Below are positions 50,561 to 62,574 of a DNA stretch of 64,000 bases, in pieces; position 1 is the stretch's first letter, and each line of letters opens with the position of its first letter. The stretch covers positions 30,692,001 to 30,756,000 of the forward strand of contig NC_086097.1 in NCBI RefSeq assembly GCF_963921235.1. Direction: 5' to 3'. The notes beneath the pieces were generated by a model. It worked only from the letters and a program-made list of their open reading frames with translations, did not search any database and was not told where the DNA came from. The position numbers were made by a program, and so were the translations under genes. The stretch is from Mobula hypostoma (lineage: Eukaryota).

Positions 50561-50757
50561 GGGGTGTATGGGATGTCAGGGAGGGACAGCACCTCTCTGG
50601 TGGGGAAACATGTTGTGTCCTTTTCAAGGCAGTTAGTCCACCTTTGGCCCCCACCTGGTACTCAGCTCTCACCTGTGACTCCTTGTAGCTGTTTGCACGC
50701 AACAGCGGCCACACCCCGGGCAACGGCTTCGACAAGCCGGCTAAACCAGGTGAGGGT
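50561..50757 (+). ncRNA. HDV-like self-cleaving ribozyme
   Basis: P1 GGGGUGU (50561-67)/ACACCCC (50711-17); P2 GCUCUCACCUG (50665-75)/CAGGUGAGGGU (50747-57); P3 GAC/GCC with one mismatch; L3 UCC pairing with GG (50718-19); P4 CGGCUU/AAGCCG; J4/2 GCUAA with the candidate catalytic C at 50741. Confidence 0.72.
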
Positions 50758-51084
50758 AGCCGACGGGTCTCAAACCCTCGGTGAGAAGGGAGTTGTCTAT
50801 CCCAGCATGTGAAGACAGACTCTGGCGGATTGAGCGGACGAGACCAATGGAAGGTCCAGTGGTCAAGAAGGTGGTCCCTGCAAGCGTCATGGAACATGTA
50901 GAGCACAACAAGACACAGAAGACGTCCTGGTCATCCACTGTGCCTAGTCTCACCTCCAGCCATCTCGACTCTTGTCTTGTCACTGGATCCAGATGGGAAT
51001 TAGGAAGGGAGGGTGAGGCTGACGCTGCACAACTCTCCCTCACTTAAATCCAAATCACGTGCTTGTCTCAACACTATCAAGCTG

Positions 51085-51222
51085 ACTGGTGGCGCAGTGA
51101 CATCAGCACTGGACTCCGGAGCGAAGGTTCCCGAGTTGAATCCAGTCGGGACGCTCCCAGGCACGCTTTCCATCTGTGCTGTGTTGAGTGTCGAGCTAGC
51201 AACTCGACCTCATAAAAAGTAC
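51085..51222 (+). mobile_element. Short tRNA-derived SINE
   Basis: ggtggcgcagtg A-box-like and gagttgaatcc B-box-like motifs; ends aactcgacctcataaaaa. Confidence 0.6.
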
Positions 51223-51715
51223 TAATGGTGTCGAGGTCTTCATCGATGACAATGGACGAACCTTAAGTTGGCTAGCTTACTTTCATATTCCATTCTTTTC
51301 TCCTTAATGAGTTTTTTGTTGCCTTCTGTTGGTTTGGATTTTGCGGGTGTTGCTCTGGATCTCTGCAGAACCTCTTGTGTAACTGTTGCTGGGAGTCAAG
51401 GTCAGAACTAGAGAGTGAGGCCGGGCAGGCTAGGACTTTGTTGCTTGGAGTGTACGAAACTAGGAGTGATCTTACAGAGGTATAAAATTGAGGGGTACAG
51501 CTAGGGTGAATTCACTCAGTTTTTTCTGCAGAGTTCAGAATTTAGAAATTAAGAACTGGAGAAGCAAAGGGAAAGATTTAATAGGGGCCTGAGGGTCAAC
51601 TTCTTCACACAGATGGTGGTCAGTATATGGAATGAGCTGCTAGAGGAAGTGGTTGAGGTAGGTATATTGACAAAAATTATTTGATATTTAGGTATGTAGA
51701 TATAAAGGTTTCGAT

Positions 51716-51794
51716 CAGGGGTTCCCAACCTGGAGTCCACGGACCTCTTGGTTAATGGTAAAGGTCCATGGCATAAAAAGGTTGGGAACCTCTG
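51716..51794. mobile_element. hAT MITE inside a CR1 3' tail
   Basis: TIRs caggggttcccaacc/ggttgggaacctctg; reverse orientation relative to 22340-22413; decayed 8-bp TSD gtttcgat/gcttagag. Confidence 0.75.
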
Positions 51795-52568
51795 GCTTAG
51801 AGAGATATGGGCCTAAGCAGTTAAATGGAACTTGCTCAAGCGGGCATCTTGGTCAGCAAGGGCCTGTTTCTGTGCCATGTAATTATGACTCTAACTTCCT
51901 GCCATATGACAACTTATTCCTTTTGAATGATAAATCACTGTGGTATTCAGTTTTAATCACACTGTTTACCACATTTTTGACACATGGGCCCATCAGAGGT
52001 TACTAAGAATACAAGTTGCAGAAATCATAAAGGTTTAATAAACTAAATAGAATATATAATATCACTCATACATTACTACAACAAGCGAGTTCACCAACAC
52101 CTCTACTTCCTCAGGAGGCTAAAGGAATTTGGGATGTCCACTATGCAGCAGAGAAAGCATCCTATCTGGATGCACCACAGCTTGGTACGGCAACTGCTCT
52201 GCCCATGACCGTAAGGAAACGCTGAGAGTTGTGGACACAGCTCAGCCCATCAGGGAAACCAGCCTCACTTCCATGGATTCTGTCTACACTTCTCGCTGCC
52301 TTAATTAAAGACGCCATACATCCCAGACATTCTGCCTTCTCCCCCTCATCCATTAGGCAGAAGATGCAAAAGCTTGAAAGCACAGGGCACCAGGCTCAAG
52401 GACAGACTCTACCCCACTGTGATGACAACTGAACAGTCCCCTAGTATGATAAAATGGACTCTCAATCTCACAATCTACCTTATCATCTGCCTGAACTGTG
52501 GTTTCTCTGTAATTGGAACAGTTTAGAACAGTGCAGCACAGTATGGGCCCTTCAACCCAAGATATACT

Positions 52569-52632
52569 GACTAAACCAGTATGCTAAACCAACCAGTATA
52601 CTATACTAAACCAGTATACTATACTAAACCAA
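52569..52632. repeat. Short ~19-bp tandem duplication
   Basis: actaaaccagtatactat repeated about three times. Confidence 0.7.
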
Positions 52633-54024
52633 CTCCACAATCAGTCTAACCCTTCTTCCCACACAGCGCATCACCTTCCATTTTCCTTACATCCATGTGT
52701 CTATCTAAGAGTCTCTTAAAAGTCCCTATTGTATCTGCTTCTACCACCACCCCCAACAATGCATTCTAGGCACCCAGCACTTATTGTGTACAAAAACCCG
52801 CCTCTAACATCTCCCATAAGCTTTCTTCCACTCACCTTAAACAAATGACATCTGGTATTCGCCATTGCCACCTTAGATAAAAGGTGCTGACTGTCCATTC
52901 TCTCTGCGCTTCTCAATGTTATACGCCTCGACTAAGTCACCTCTCATCCTCCTTCAATCCAAAGAGAAAAGCCCTAGCTCACTCAGTCTTTCCTTGTAAG
53001 ACATGCTCTGCACCCTCTCTAAATAATTATTCAGCATTCTGTTATTACTCTCTGCACTGCTGTAATGATTTGATTTGTAAGCTTTTCACTGTACCTTGGT
53101 AGGTGTGATAATAGTAAACCAATTTACCAGTTTAAAACATTTACAAAATTCTTGCTTTCTTCTGAATGACATACATAGAACACAGAATAGAACAGCACGG
53201 GACAGGCGATTCAGCTCATGGTGTTGTACTAATCCACACCAAATATCCTCCTCCGGTGTACCATCCATTCCCAACACATTCATGTGTCTACTTAACGGCT
53301 ACCAAACTCCAAAATACAAAATTCAGAGTATATTTATAGAAGCACCATATACTACCCGGAGGTTCATTTTCTTGCAGGCATTTAGAGGTAAACAAGGAAT
53401 ACAATATAATTTTACAAAAAGCTATACATAAGCAAAGACTGACAAACAACCAATGCACAAAATAAGGCACACTTCAGATAAAAATAATACTGAGAACAGG
53501 AGCTGTAAAGAGACCTTGAATGTGAGTCTGCAGGCTGTGGAATCAGTTCAGAGAAGCGGTGACTGAAGTTATCTAAGCCAGTTCAGGAGCCTGATGGTTG
53601 TTAAGTAATAACTGTTCCTGAACCTGATGGTGTGGGACCTAAGGCTTCTGTATCTCCTGCCTGATGATAGTAGCAAGAAGAGAGTATGGCTTGGATGGTG
53701 GGGCGTCCTAGATGATGGATGCTGCCTTCTTACGGCAGTGTTCCATGTAGATGTGCTTTGTCTGTGATGGACTGGGCTGTATCCACCACTTTCTGTAGAC
53801 TATGCTGTTCCTGGCGTTAGAGTCTCCATACTAGGCCATGATGCAACCAGTTAGGATACTTTGCACTGTGCATCAATAGAGTTTGTTAAATGCTTTGTTG
53901 ACATGCTGAATCTACACAAACTTTTAAGAAAGTAGAGGCACTGTAATGTCTCCTTTGTGATGGCATGAGGTTTCACAACCTATCTCTGGACATGGGACAA
54001 TCCTTCTGACTGAGACTAAGCCTT

Positions 54025-54345
54025 TCTGGGAAGAGTAAAGGAGGAGGGGTATGCTTCATCCGAGTCACCTCAACCACAATCTATTCCAGCTGCTACCATC
54101 TGGGAAATGGTACCATATCATAAAAGCCAGGACCAACAGGTTCCAGGACAGCTTCTTCCACCAGGCCTCAGACTGATTAACTCACACTGATTTGAGTGTA
54201 TTTCTATGTTACATTGACTGTTTTATTTATTATAAATTATTATAAATTACTATGATTGCATATTGCACACTTAGACGGAGGCATAATGTAAAGATTTTTA
54301 CTCCTCATGTATGTGAATGATGTAAGAAATAAAGTCAATTCAATA
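54025..54345 (+). mobile_element. Internally deleted Rex1-like copy
   Basis: An endonuclease-region 33-mer (compare 28186-28218) is joined to the 3' end (compare 30455-30720). Confidence 0.65.
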
Positions 54346-54773
54346 ACGGCCGGGACTGGTCACTGGCTCCACTAATATTGTGAAAGCAGAAGAACAAGTG
54401 CCTTTTCACTTCTTCACTGCCATCTCCCATTGCCCTCATAAGAGTTGGGGGCGGGGGGGACTCCAGGCTTGCAAAGTGGAGGAAAGAAGTAAAGATGATT
54501 CTGCTGGTAGTGCTCAGGTCTGGGCAGGCTAGGCTGTAAAGTTCCGAGAACGGAGGAGGAAGAGATCTTGTATGCTCAGGAATGAATGGGTTAGATTACA
54601 TCTTGACCATCTGCTGGGGGAACAGAGTGTACCAAAGCACAGGAGCAAGGTGGGAGGACGATTCCAAAGGAAAGAAGTCATAAATCAAAAATAAATAAAC
54701 AGTGTGAGAGGGAGCCAAAGACACCCAGATGGAGAGAGGAGAGAGAGAATTAGGGCACAAAACTGAGAGAGAT

Positions 54774-54776
<3 letters not shown>

Positions 54777-54818
<42 letters not shown>
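54777..54818. repeat. (GT)n microsatellite within a GA-rich tract
   Basis: About 21 GT units. Confidence 0.95.
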
Positions 54819-54822
<4 letters not shown>

Positions 54823-55394
54823 GGGGGAGCGGCGGGTTTGATACACAGAAAGAGAGACAGAGAAAAAGGGAAAGAGAAAGACGGAAGGATAGAGAGAAGG
54901 AGAGAAAGACAGGAAGTGAGAGGGAGAAGAAACAGAAAGACAGTGAGTGTAATGGAGAGAGATGGCATGGGGAAGGACTGATACACAGAAAAATGGAGAA
55001 ATAGAAAAATAAAATGAATTTTCATCTTGTACACCTCTATCAAGTCACCTTGAAAGAGTGAAAGATGGATAGAGAGAAAAAGAGGGAAAGATAGAGAGAG
55101 AGAGAGAAAGAGGAGGGTTAGAGAGAGGAAATGAAATACAGTTAGAAAGACAGGAAAAGAGGGAGGGACAGAGAGAGAAACGTGAGGAATCAGGGACAGG
55201 CAGGGAGAGGGGCAGAGGGACAAAGACAAAAGATGAAGGGACAGACAGAAATGATGAAGGAACTGCAAGAAGAGGATGGGGAGACAGAGAGATAATACAG
55301 TCAGAGAGACAAACTGCATGAATAACAGGGCCTTTGATGAAACTCATCCATGCCAACTGTGCTACCCAGCAGCCTCTGTTATCTGCCCACATTT

Positions 55395-56248
55395 GGACCA
55401 CAGACTTGATGCTTGTTAAACAAGAAAAAGCTTGCTCACACATGTAAGTTGAAAACTGCAGCAAAATGTTGATTGCTTTCCTATGAATGACAGGATACTC
55501 TTCTTTCACATGTCCAGAACTTGTCCAGAAACCAATCAACCTGGATAGAGAAGCTGTTGTTTTTCAATTTATCACACAAAATTTCTTCAGTATCATGTGA
55601 CATGTCAACAATACGTCAACTTATCATACTGTTTTACAGTGAAACCTTTCCAATCCCTCGTACTGTATCTCGTCCTAGCATTTTATCCACTATAACTTTG
55701 CATGCTAGCATTATTCGGTTCTCACCAACTGAGTGCCTTTTCCTTTTCTGGGTAATAAGTTCTGCTGCTAAATAACTTGCTTCCTGAACCTTTTCACTGA
55801 CGGTGAATTTTCTACCACATTGATAGTTTGTTTGCTCCCTTAAGTCAGTCAGCAGCACATATGGGGAAGTTGGTGGAGATAATTCAGGATATCACAGTCC
55901 AAGTTGGGCGAGTCCATTCAATGCTCGGAAAATGCACTTCATGCTCCTCATCAGCCTACTGTCTTCCCTTCAGTGCAATACAGCGCTCACCAATTATCAA
56001 TGCCCTCCCTCATCTCGCATCAAAATCTGAGAATGGACTCAACCAAATAAACACGGTTCTACAGCGCACTGCCATACTGGGCTGAGATTGCTAACGGGGC
56101 CACTTGGTCACTGGCCACTGGCCACCACTGTGAGCATTAGCATTGCACATTGCATGAAGTTCAAAAAACGATATTTATTTTTTTAGATCACAATCTCTCA
56201 CAGAACCCCCTAGGGACCTCTCATGCGGCCCCAGTTGAGAAACCCTGC
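55395..56248 (-). mobile_element. hAT (Buster/Charlie, ZBED5/SCAND3-like) transposase remnant with one terminal inverted repeat
   Basis: Reads QEASYLAAELITQKRKRHSVGENRIMLACKVIVDKMLG and VKEEYPVIHRKAINILLQFSTYMCEQAFSCL; terminus ccccagttgagaaaccctg at 56230-56248. Confidence 0.78.
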
Positions 56249-56249
56249 T

Positions 56250-57640
56250 CTGGCTGAAGAAATTCCTCCTCATCTAAAGGAGCGTCCTTCTATTCTGACG
56301 CTGTGCCCTCTGGTCCTACACCCCAACATTATAGGAAACATTCTGTCCACATCCTCTCTGCTTAGGCTTTTCAATATTCAGAAGGTTTCAATGAGATTCT
56401 CCCTCATTCTTCTAAATTCCAGTGAACATAGGCTCAGAGCCATCAAATGCTCCTCATACATTAACCCTTTCATTCCTGCAATCATTCTCGGGAATCTTCC
56501 CTGAACCCTCTCCAATGCCAGTACAGAACAAAGATGGAGGAGGAGAAGATGGCGGCGCGACGGCAGCGCACGTGGCCACTTTGGTGATGATGTCTGCTAT
56601 CTGTCAAGTAGGAGACCGTGCACAATCCTGATTTGATGGAGACAGACGTGAGAGCACGGAGGAACATCTGGAAAACTTCTGAAATGCCCGCTTCGCTGCT
56701 GCTGCTACTGTGTGGTAACCGGACCCTCTGGAGCAGAAGGCCTCGAAATCCTCGGCTTTGCGTGTTTCAGCAGCCGGGGCAAGGTCGAAGGCGCTCAGCA
56801 GAAGATGGTGCTCGGGAGGCTGTATCGGAGAGGCTGGTTGGAAACTCGAAGTTTTCGGACGGATGGACTCAGTGTCGGCTGTGGTCGGCTGCTTCCAAGG
56901 CATCGGCAAGTTGACGGTGCCTGGAGTTTTATGGCAGGGAGTTTCTCCCTTTTGCCGGTGCTATCGAGGACTCGAGAGTCGATCGACTCAGGGACTTTTG
57001 AGACTTTATTTACCGGGCCCATGGTTTGTTCTTCATCAAATTATGGTACTGCTTTGCACTGCTGTAACTATATGTTATAATTACGTGGTTCTGTCAGTGT
57101 TAGTCTTTGGTTTGTCCTGTTTTCTGTGATATCACTCCAGAGAAACATTGTATTATTTCTTAATGCATGTATGCATTTCTAAATGATAATAAAAGAGGAC
57201 TGAGTGTTCTCATAATCTAATCTAATCCTTCCTTAGATAAGGGTCATAAAACTGCTCACAATATTCCAAGTGCTGTCTGACCAATGCTTTATAAAGCCTC
57301 AGCATTACATCCTTGCTTTTATATTCTAGTTCTCTTGAAATGAATGAATCATTGCATTTGTCTTCCTCACCATCAATCCAACTTGCAAATTAACTTTTAG
57401 GGAATCCTGCACGAGGACTCCCAAATCTCACCTCTAATTTCTGAATTTTCTCCCCATTTAGAAAATAGTCTATGCTTTTATTCCTTCTACCAAAGTGCAT
57501 GACCATACACTTCTCTACACTATTCCTTCTGCCACTTCTTTGCCCATTTTCCTAGTCTAGGTCCTTCCGCAGACTCCATGCTTCCTCAACACTACCTGCC
57601 CCTCTACCTATCTTCATATCATTCGCAATCTTGGTTACAA
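56250..57640 (-). mobile_element. CR1 fragment split by a ~700-bp insertion
   Basis: Host ...ccaatgccagtaca|tccttccttagataaggg... with typical CR1 RT C-terminal sequence. Confidence 0.7.
56525..57225 (+). mobile_element. Apparently full-length ~700-bp ORF-less retroposon with a (TAATC)n tail
   Basis: CpG-rich 5' end with aagatggcggc; 3' aataaaagaggactgagtgttctcataatctaatctaat; two truncated relatives in the window. Confidence 0.75.
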
Positions 57641-60600
57641 AGTCTCAAAGCCTGAATTTAGAGTAACTTAAAAGATCAGTACAACATCATGGGCCAAAAG
57701 GCCAGTACTGTGCTGTAATGTTCAATGTTAAATCTCTCATCTCTGATCTTAAAAGTGTGGCCCCTTGTTATTAGCACCCCTCTCTGGGGAAAAAAACTCT
57801 GAGAAAGACTCCCATAACAGAAAAGTGGTGAAACTGAAAGAGAAAGATTGATGGGGGAAGACAGACAGAAGAGGCTGTTTGAATATTGAACACAGAACAC
57901 TACAGCATAGTACGGGCCCTTTGGCCCATTATGTTGTGCTGAACTTTTAACCTAAGATCAATCTAACACTTCTCTCCTACGTAACCCTCTATTTTCTATC
58001 ATCTGTGTGCCTGTCTATAAGTTTCTTCACTACCTCAAAGAATTCAATCAGACACTTCATGATTTATTATTCCTGACAGTAAATGTTGCAATCTGCAATT
58101 ACGAAGTCTGGACAGCTGCTCCAGTGAAGTTTAATTAACACGAAACAAAATGAGCTGTTGAAATCCATAGAAAGGAAATTGGTCAGTAACAGCACAATAT
58201 AAAGAATGTGGGGTGGAGGCAGTTTATAGTGTCGATTCCTCGATGCCTCTCGATAGAAGCAGTCTGACCCCTGAACTCCAGCTTGTCCACGTAACCTGGC
58301 ACAAGATTAGATTTCCTCACATCAAATCCCCACCAGTCCCACACCTGTGCTGGCCACATCCACGCATCCCCTGCCCTGCCGACTGATCAGATCCACTTTC
58401 CCTCCAGAAAATACTTCTGCAAAGTCTCTGCAGTTGAGTTTAGGTGTGACTGCGGTTGGAAAAGAGCTGGAAACGGGAGAGCTTCTCTGCGAGAAACTTG
58501 GCCACGGTTCCCCTCAATTACTCACAACGTTTTCACTGAAGCCTGACAGCTTGTGATGGTTAACTGTGTCGGCATGTTCATGCTTGTAGACAGAGAGCGG
58601 TGACTGGAACCAATGCACTCTGTGAGCAGGGCGGCACTGGCCGCGAAAGATCAGGAGGCCCGCTTACTTCAGAGAATTCTATGCAGCTGGATACAAGGGT
58701 AGGGATGGAGGGGTGGGGGGAACGGGGTTAAAACAGGGGCAGGGAGGGAAGAGTGTGTAACAGGGAGGACTGAAACCCACTGCTGGTGTTAAATGGCACT
58801 CTGGGGATGTGAGGGGATGATTGGTTCGGGAGTCTGATCACAGCGGGGAAAAAGCTGTTCTTGAGTCAAGTCGTCCAGAACTTCAAGCTCCTGTATCTTT
58901 TCCCAAAAGTAAAAGAGAGACAAGGTTGCAGAGTTGCAGGCATCTTCAAAGTTCAAAAGTTCAAAGTAAATTTAAAGATTAGAGATTAGCTTTATTTGTC
59001 ACATGTACATCAAAACGTACAGTGAAATATGTCATTTGCATCAAATCAAATCAGTGAAGATATGTTGGGAGCAGCCCACAAGTGTCGCCATGCTTCTGGC
59101 GCTAACATAGCATGCTTACAACTTTCTAACCTCAACCGTATGGTTCTGGAAGAAACTGGAGCACCTGAAAGAATACCACTCAGTCACAGGGAGAACGTAC
59201 AAACTCTTTCAGCCAGCAAAGGGAAATGACCCCTGATCGCTAATCTCGGGCGCTTGTAATAGCATAATGCCAACTGCTATGCTACCCTGCTTTGATAATA
59301 AATTTATTATCAAAGTATGTATATGTTACCACATACTACCTTAAGATTCATTTTCTTGCAGGTATTTACAGGAAAAATAAAGAAATACAATAGAATCTAC
59401 AAAAAACATACATAAACAAAGATTGTGGTGCCTACAGAGCAAAATAGAGAGGCAGTGTTCATGGGTTCATGGACTATTCAGAAATCTGATGGCAAAGGGA
59501 AAGAAGTTCAACCCAAAACGTCGACTGTACTCTTTTCCATAGATGCTGCCTGGCCTGCTGAGTTCCTCCAGCATTTTGTGTGTGTTTCTTGGATTTCCAG
59601 TATCTGCAGATTTTCTCTTGTTCCTAACATGTTGTCTGTTTATCTCCTCCCTGACATTAGTAATGAGAAGAGGTCAAGTCCAAGTCAGTGAGGGTCCATG
59701 GGGATGGATGTCGCCTTTGTGAGGCATTGCCTTTTGAAAATGGTGGGGAACCTCATGCCCACGATGGAGTGGCACTGAGGAAACAGTGCCATCCTGTCAA
59801 TCATGTCAACCAAAGGATATTGCTATACCCCCAGGGATGTGAAGAACATTCCCCAATCTCGTGCCCCCCCCCACTGTGTCCTGATTTACAGTATTTCTCA
59901 CTCAAAACTATCAGTTTTAGATTTATTTATCACATGTACATTGAAGCATACAATCAAATGTGCCATCTGCGTTAATAGCTAACACACCCAAGAACGTGTT
60001 GGGAGCAGCTCGCAACATATTCCAGTACCAACACAGTATGCCCACAGAATTCAGCAGAACAACACAAACAGTAACAGCAATAGCAACAAGTCAATGGCAA
60101 AACTAGCCCCTTTCCAACCCTGCCACCCATCCACTCAGACAGGCCTCCAACCCTAGGACAAGCCACCTCCAGGCCTCCAGTCCTTGGCCCCGGACTCTCA
60201 GACTCGCAGACATCGGGCCCGAACCTTCAGTCTCTGGTTAGAAGCCATTTCTAAAGTATTTCAATGCCTACAAAAAGTTTTGTGGTGCCCTAGAGGGGAT
60301 GCAAGAACACAGCACATAAATTGAAGTTTTTACTGATGTTGAAGGCAACGGGAGGCAGTGTATTACTGAGAACACTGGAATCAGGTGTAGACACCTTACA
60401 GCACAAAGCACTGCCATTTGTTCCCTGCATAAGGATGAATGCTGCTGGTGCCTTAGACAGTAGCAGCTGTCTGCTCGCCCTTCACCTACACACTAACAAA
60501 ACCCTAGGCAAAACAATAAACAGTCCCCTAGCAACCAAGTCTCTACCAATGGGCAGCCAACCCTGCACTGACCAATTTAAACATACTCTACGGTAACCAC

Positions 60601-61283
60601 CATGACAACAGGGGCAGAGCCAATCAGCTGCCTTTACTCCATTCACACATGTCACCTCAGTACAACTGACTTCAATCTTAGCTTAACACAGTCTTAACCT
60701 ACTTAACATTCCGACAGAAGACACTTCAGAGAGAGATATCATACACCTAAGTACAACACACACAGTGTGCTGTATGACAGGGAGAACATACCGTATAAAT
60801 AATGTGTCTGTGGGGGGAAATATTTCTCAGTGGTCTCTAATGACAGAATAATGGAGTCATAGAGCACTACAGCACAGAAACAAGTCCTTCAGCCCATCTA
60901 GTCCATGCCAAACTGTTATTCTGCCTAGTCCCATTGACCCGCACCTAGACCATAGCTCCCCATACCCCTCCCATCCATGTGTTGACGTAGTTCTCCAAAC
61001 TTCTCTTAAATGTTCCAATCAATCTTGCGTTCACTCTTCCGCTGGCAGCTCATTCTAAACTTGCACCACCCTCTGAGTGAAGAAGTGTCTCCTCAGGCTC
61101 CCCTTAAATATTTCACCATTCACCATCAACGTATGACCTCTAGGGAAAGCCCCACACCATTGACCAATCGCCATCAATTCAATTGCCCCACTAGCAGCAC
61201 TTCCTTTCACGTTCTCTCAGGAAGCAAAGAAGGAAACTGAAGCCAATCACTGGATATCACCACTACCGACAAAAAGTGCTCAC

Positions 61284-61533
61284 CTGTACGAGGTAATCTT
61301 CTGTAGGCTTTCTAATGGCACCCTGTAGCCACATTCCTCCTGGATCTCTTCCTTGACTGTTTCCTCCAGTGAAAGTCCCGGCTTGTCAACAATTCCGGCA
61401 CAAAGCTCGTATGTGATTCCAGCAGAGGCAGGTAAAGGCTGCACTGGCACACGGGCCTGGGGATCTGCATCCATGGACACTGCATCGACCATGGGCAGTA
61501 TACCTTGCCTTGCACACTCGCACGCATAGACAG
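61284..61533 (-). CDS. NUDT14: NUDT14 penultimate coding exon containing the Nudix box; upstream exons are not seen in the window
   Basis: 250 bp between tttccAG and GTgagc; reads AVYACEC...SAGITYELCAGIVDKPGLSLEETVKEEIQEECGYRVPLESLQKITSYR. Confidence 0.93.
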
Positions 61534-62574
61534 CTGGAAACAAAGATGCACAAAGATTAAATATATTTTACAGATTAGCTTTATTTGTCATGAGCACATC
61601 GAAATATACAATGCAATACATCATTTGTGTCAATGACCAACACATTCTAAGGATGTGCTGGGGATAGCCCGCAAGTGTCAACATGCATCTGGCACCAACA
61701 TAGAACGTCCACAACTTACTAAACTTAACCCATACATCTTTGGAATGTGGAAGGAAGCCCATCAAACACGGGTAGAACATACAAACTCCTCGCAGGCAGC
61801 AGCAGGAATTGAACTCTGATCTTCGGATTGCTGGTGCTCCAAAGTGTTATGCTCACTGCTATGCTACCTGCAACCCAAAGCTGAGCATCTTACAGCACTG
61901 AAGGAAGCAATGAGTTTTTGATAGATAATTGGACAGGTTCACAGATACACAAAGTTTAGAGGGATGTGGGCAAATGGGGATAGCTCTTGGTTGGCATGGA
62001 CAAATTGAATATAATTTAATAGTACTTTCTAGGAGCCAGAACAGGTACAATGAATTGAATTCGAGTCACGTAGTGTGAAAAAAGGCCCTTTGGCCCATCC
62101 AGCCCTTCCTGACCAAGTTGCTTACCCTAGCCCTTCCCAGTTGTCTGCATTTGATCCCCTATCCTTCGAAACCTTACCTGAGACATAAGTGCAGAATTGG
62201 GCCATATGGCCCAGTAAGTTTGGTGTGTCATTCAATCATGGCTGATTTATTTTCCTTCTCAACCCCATTCTCCTGCCTTCTCCCAGTAACTTTTGATTCC
62301 CCTACTAATTAGCATACAGCATAGTAGTGTAGTGGTTCACATAATGCTTTACAGCACCAGTGATCAGCGATCGGGGTTCAATTCCCACCTCTGTCTGTAA
62401 ACAGTTTGCACGTACCGCATTTCCAGTTTCCTCCCACATTCTTAAAGACATATGGGTCAGAGTTAGTAAGTTGTAGACATGCTACATTGGTGCCAGAAGC
62501 ATGGCAACACTTGTGGCCTGCACCCAGCACATCCTTGGACTGTGTTGAACATTGATACAAACGAAGCATTTCAC

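Larger units (their letters stand above)
50561..51265 (+). mobile_element. ORF-less retroposon beginning with an HDV-like ribozyme and carrying a nested tRNA-SINE
   Basis: Cleanly interrupts the CR1 host; no credible ORF; the 5' 200 nt pair as an HDV-like fold. Assignment to an RTE-related family is inference. Confidence 0.65.

Noticed and set aside
54750..55539. Hydrophobic low-complexity ORFs (also 47173-47569 and 35477-36085)
   Set aside because: They are translations of GA/CT-rich tracts; only the hAT fragment is real homology.
55395..55860. Domesticated ZBED5/SCAND3-like gene
   Set aside because: Internally deleted and fragmented, with a terminal inverted repeat nearby, consistent with a dead transposon.
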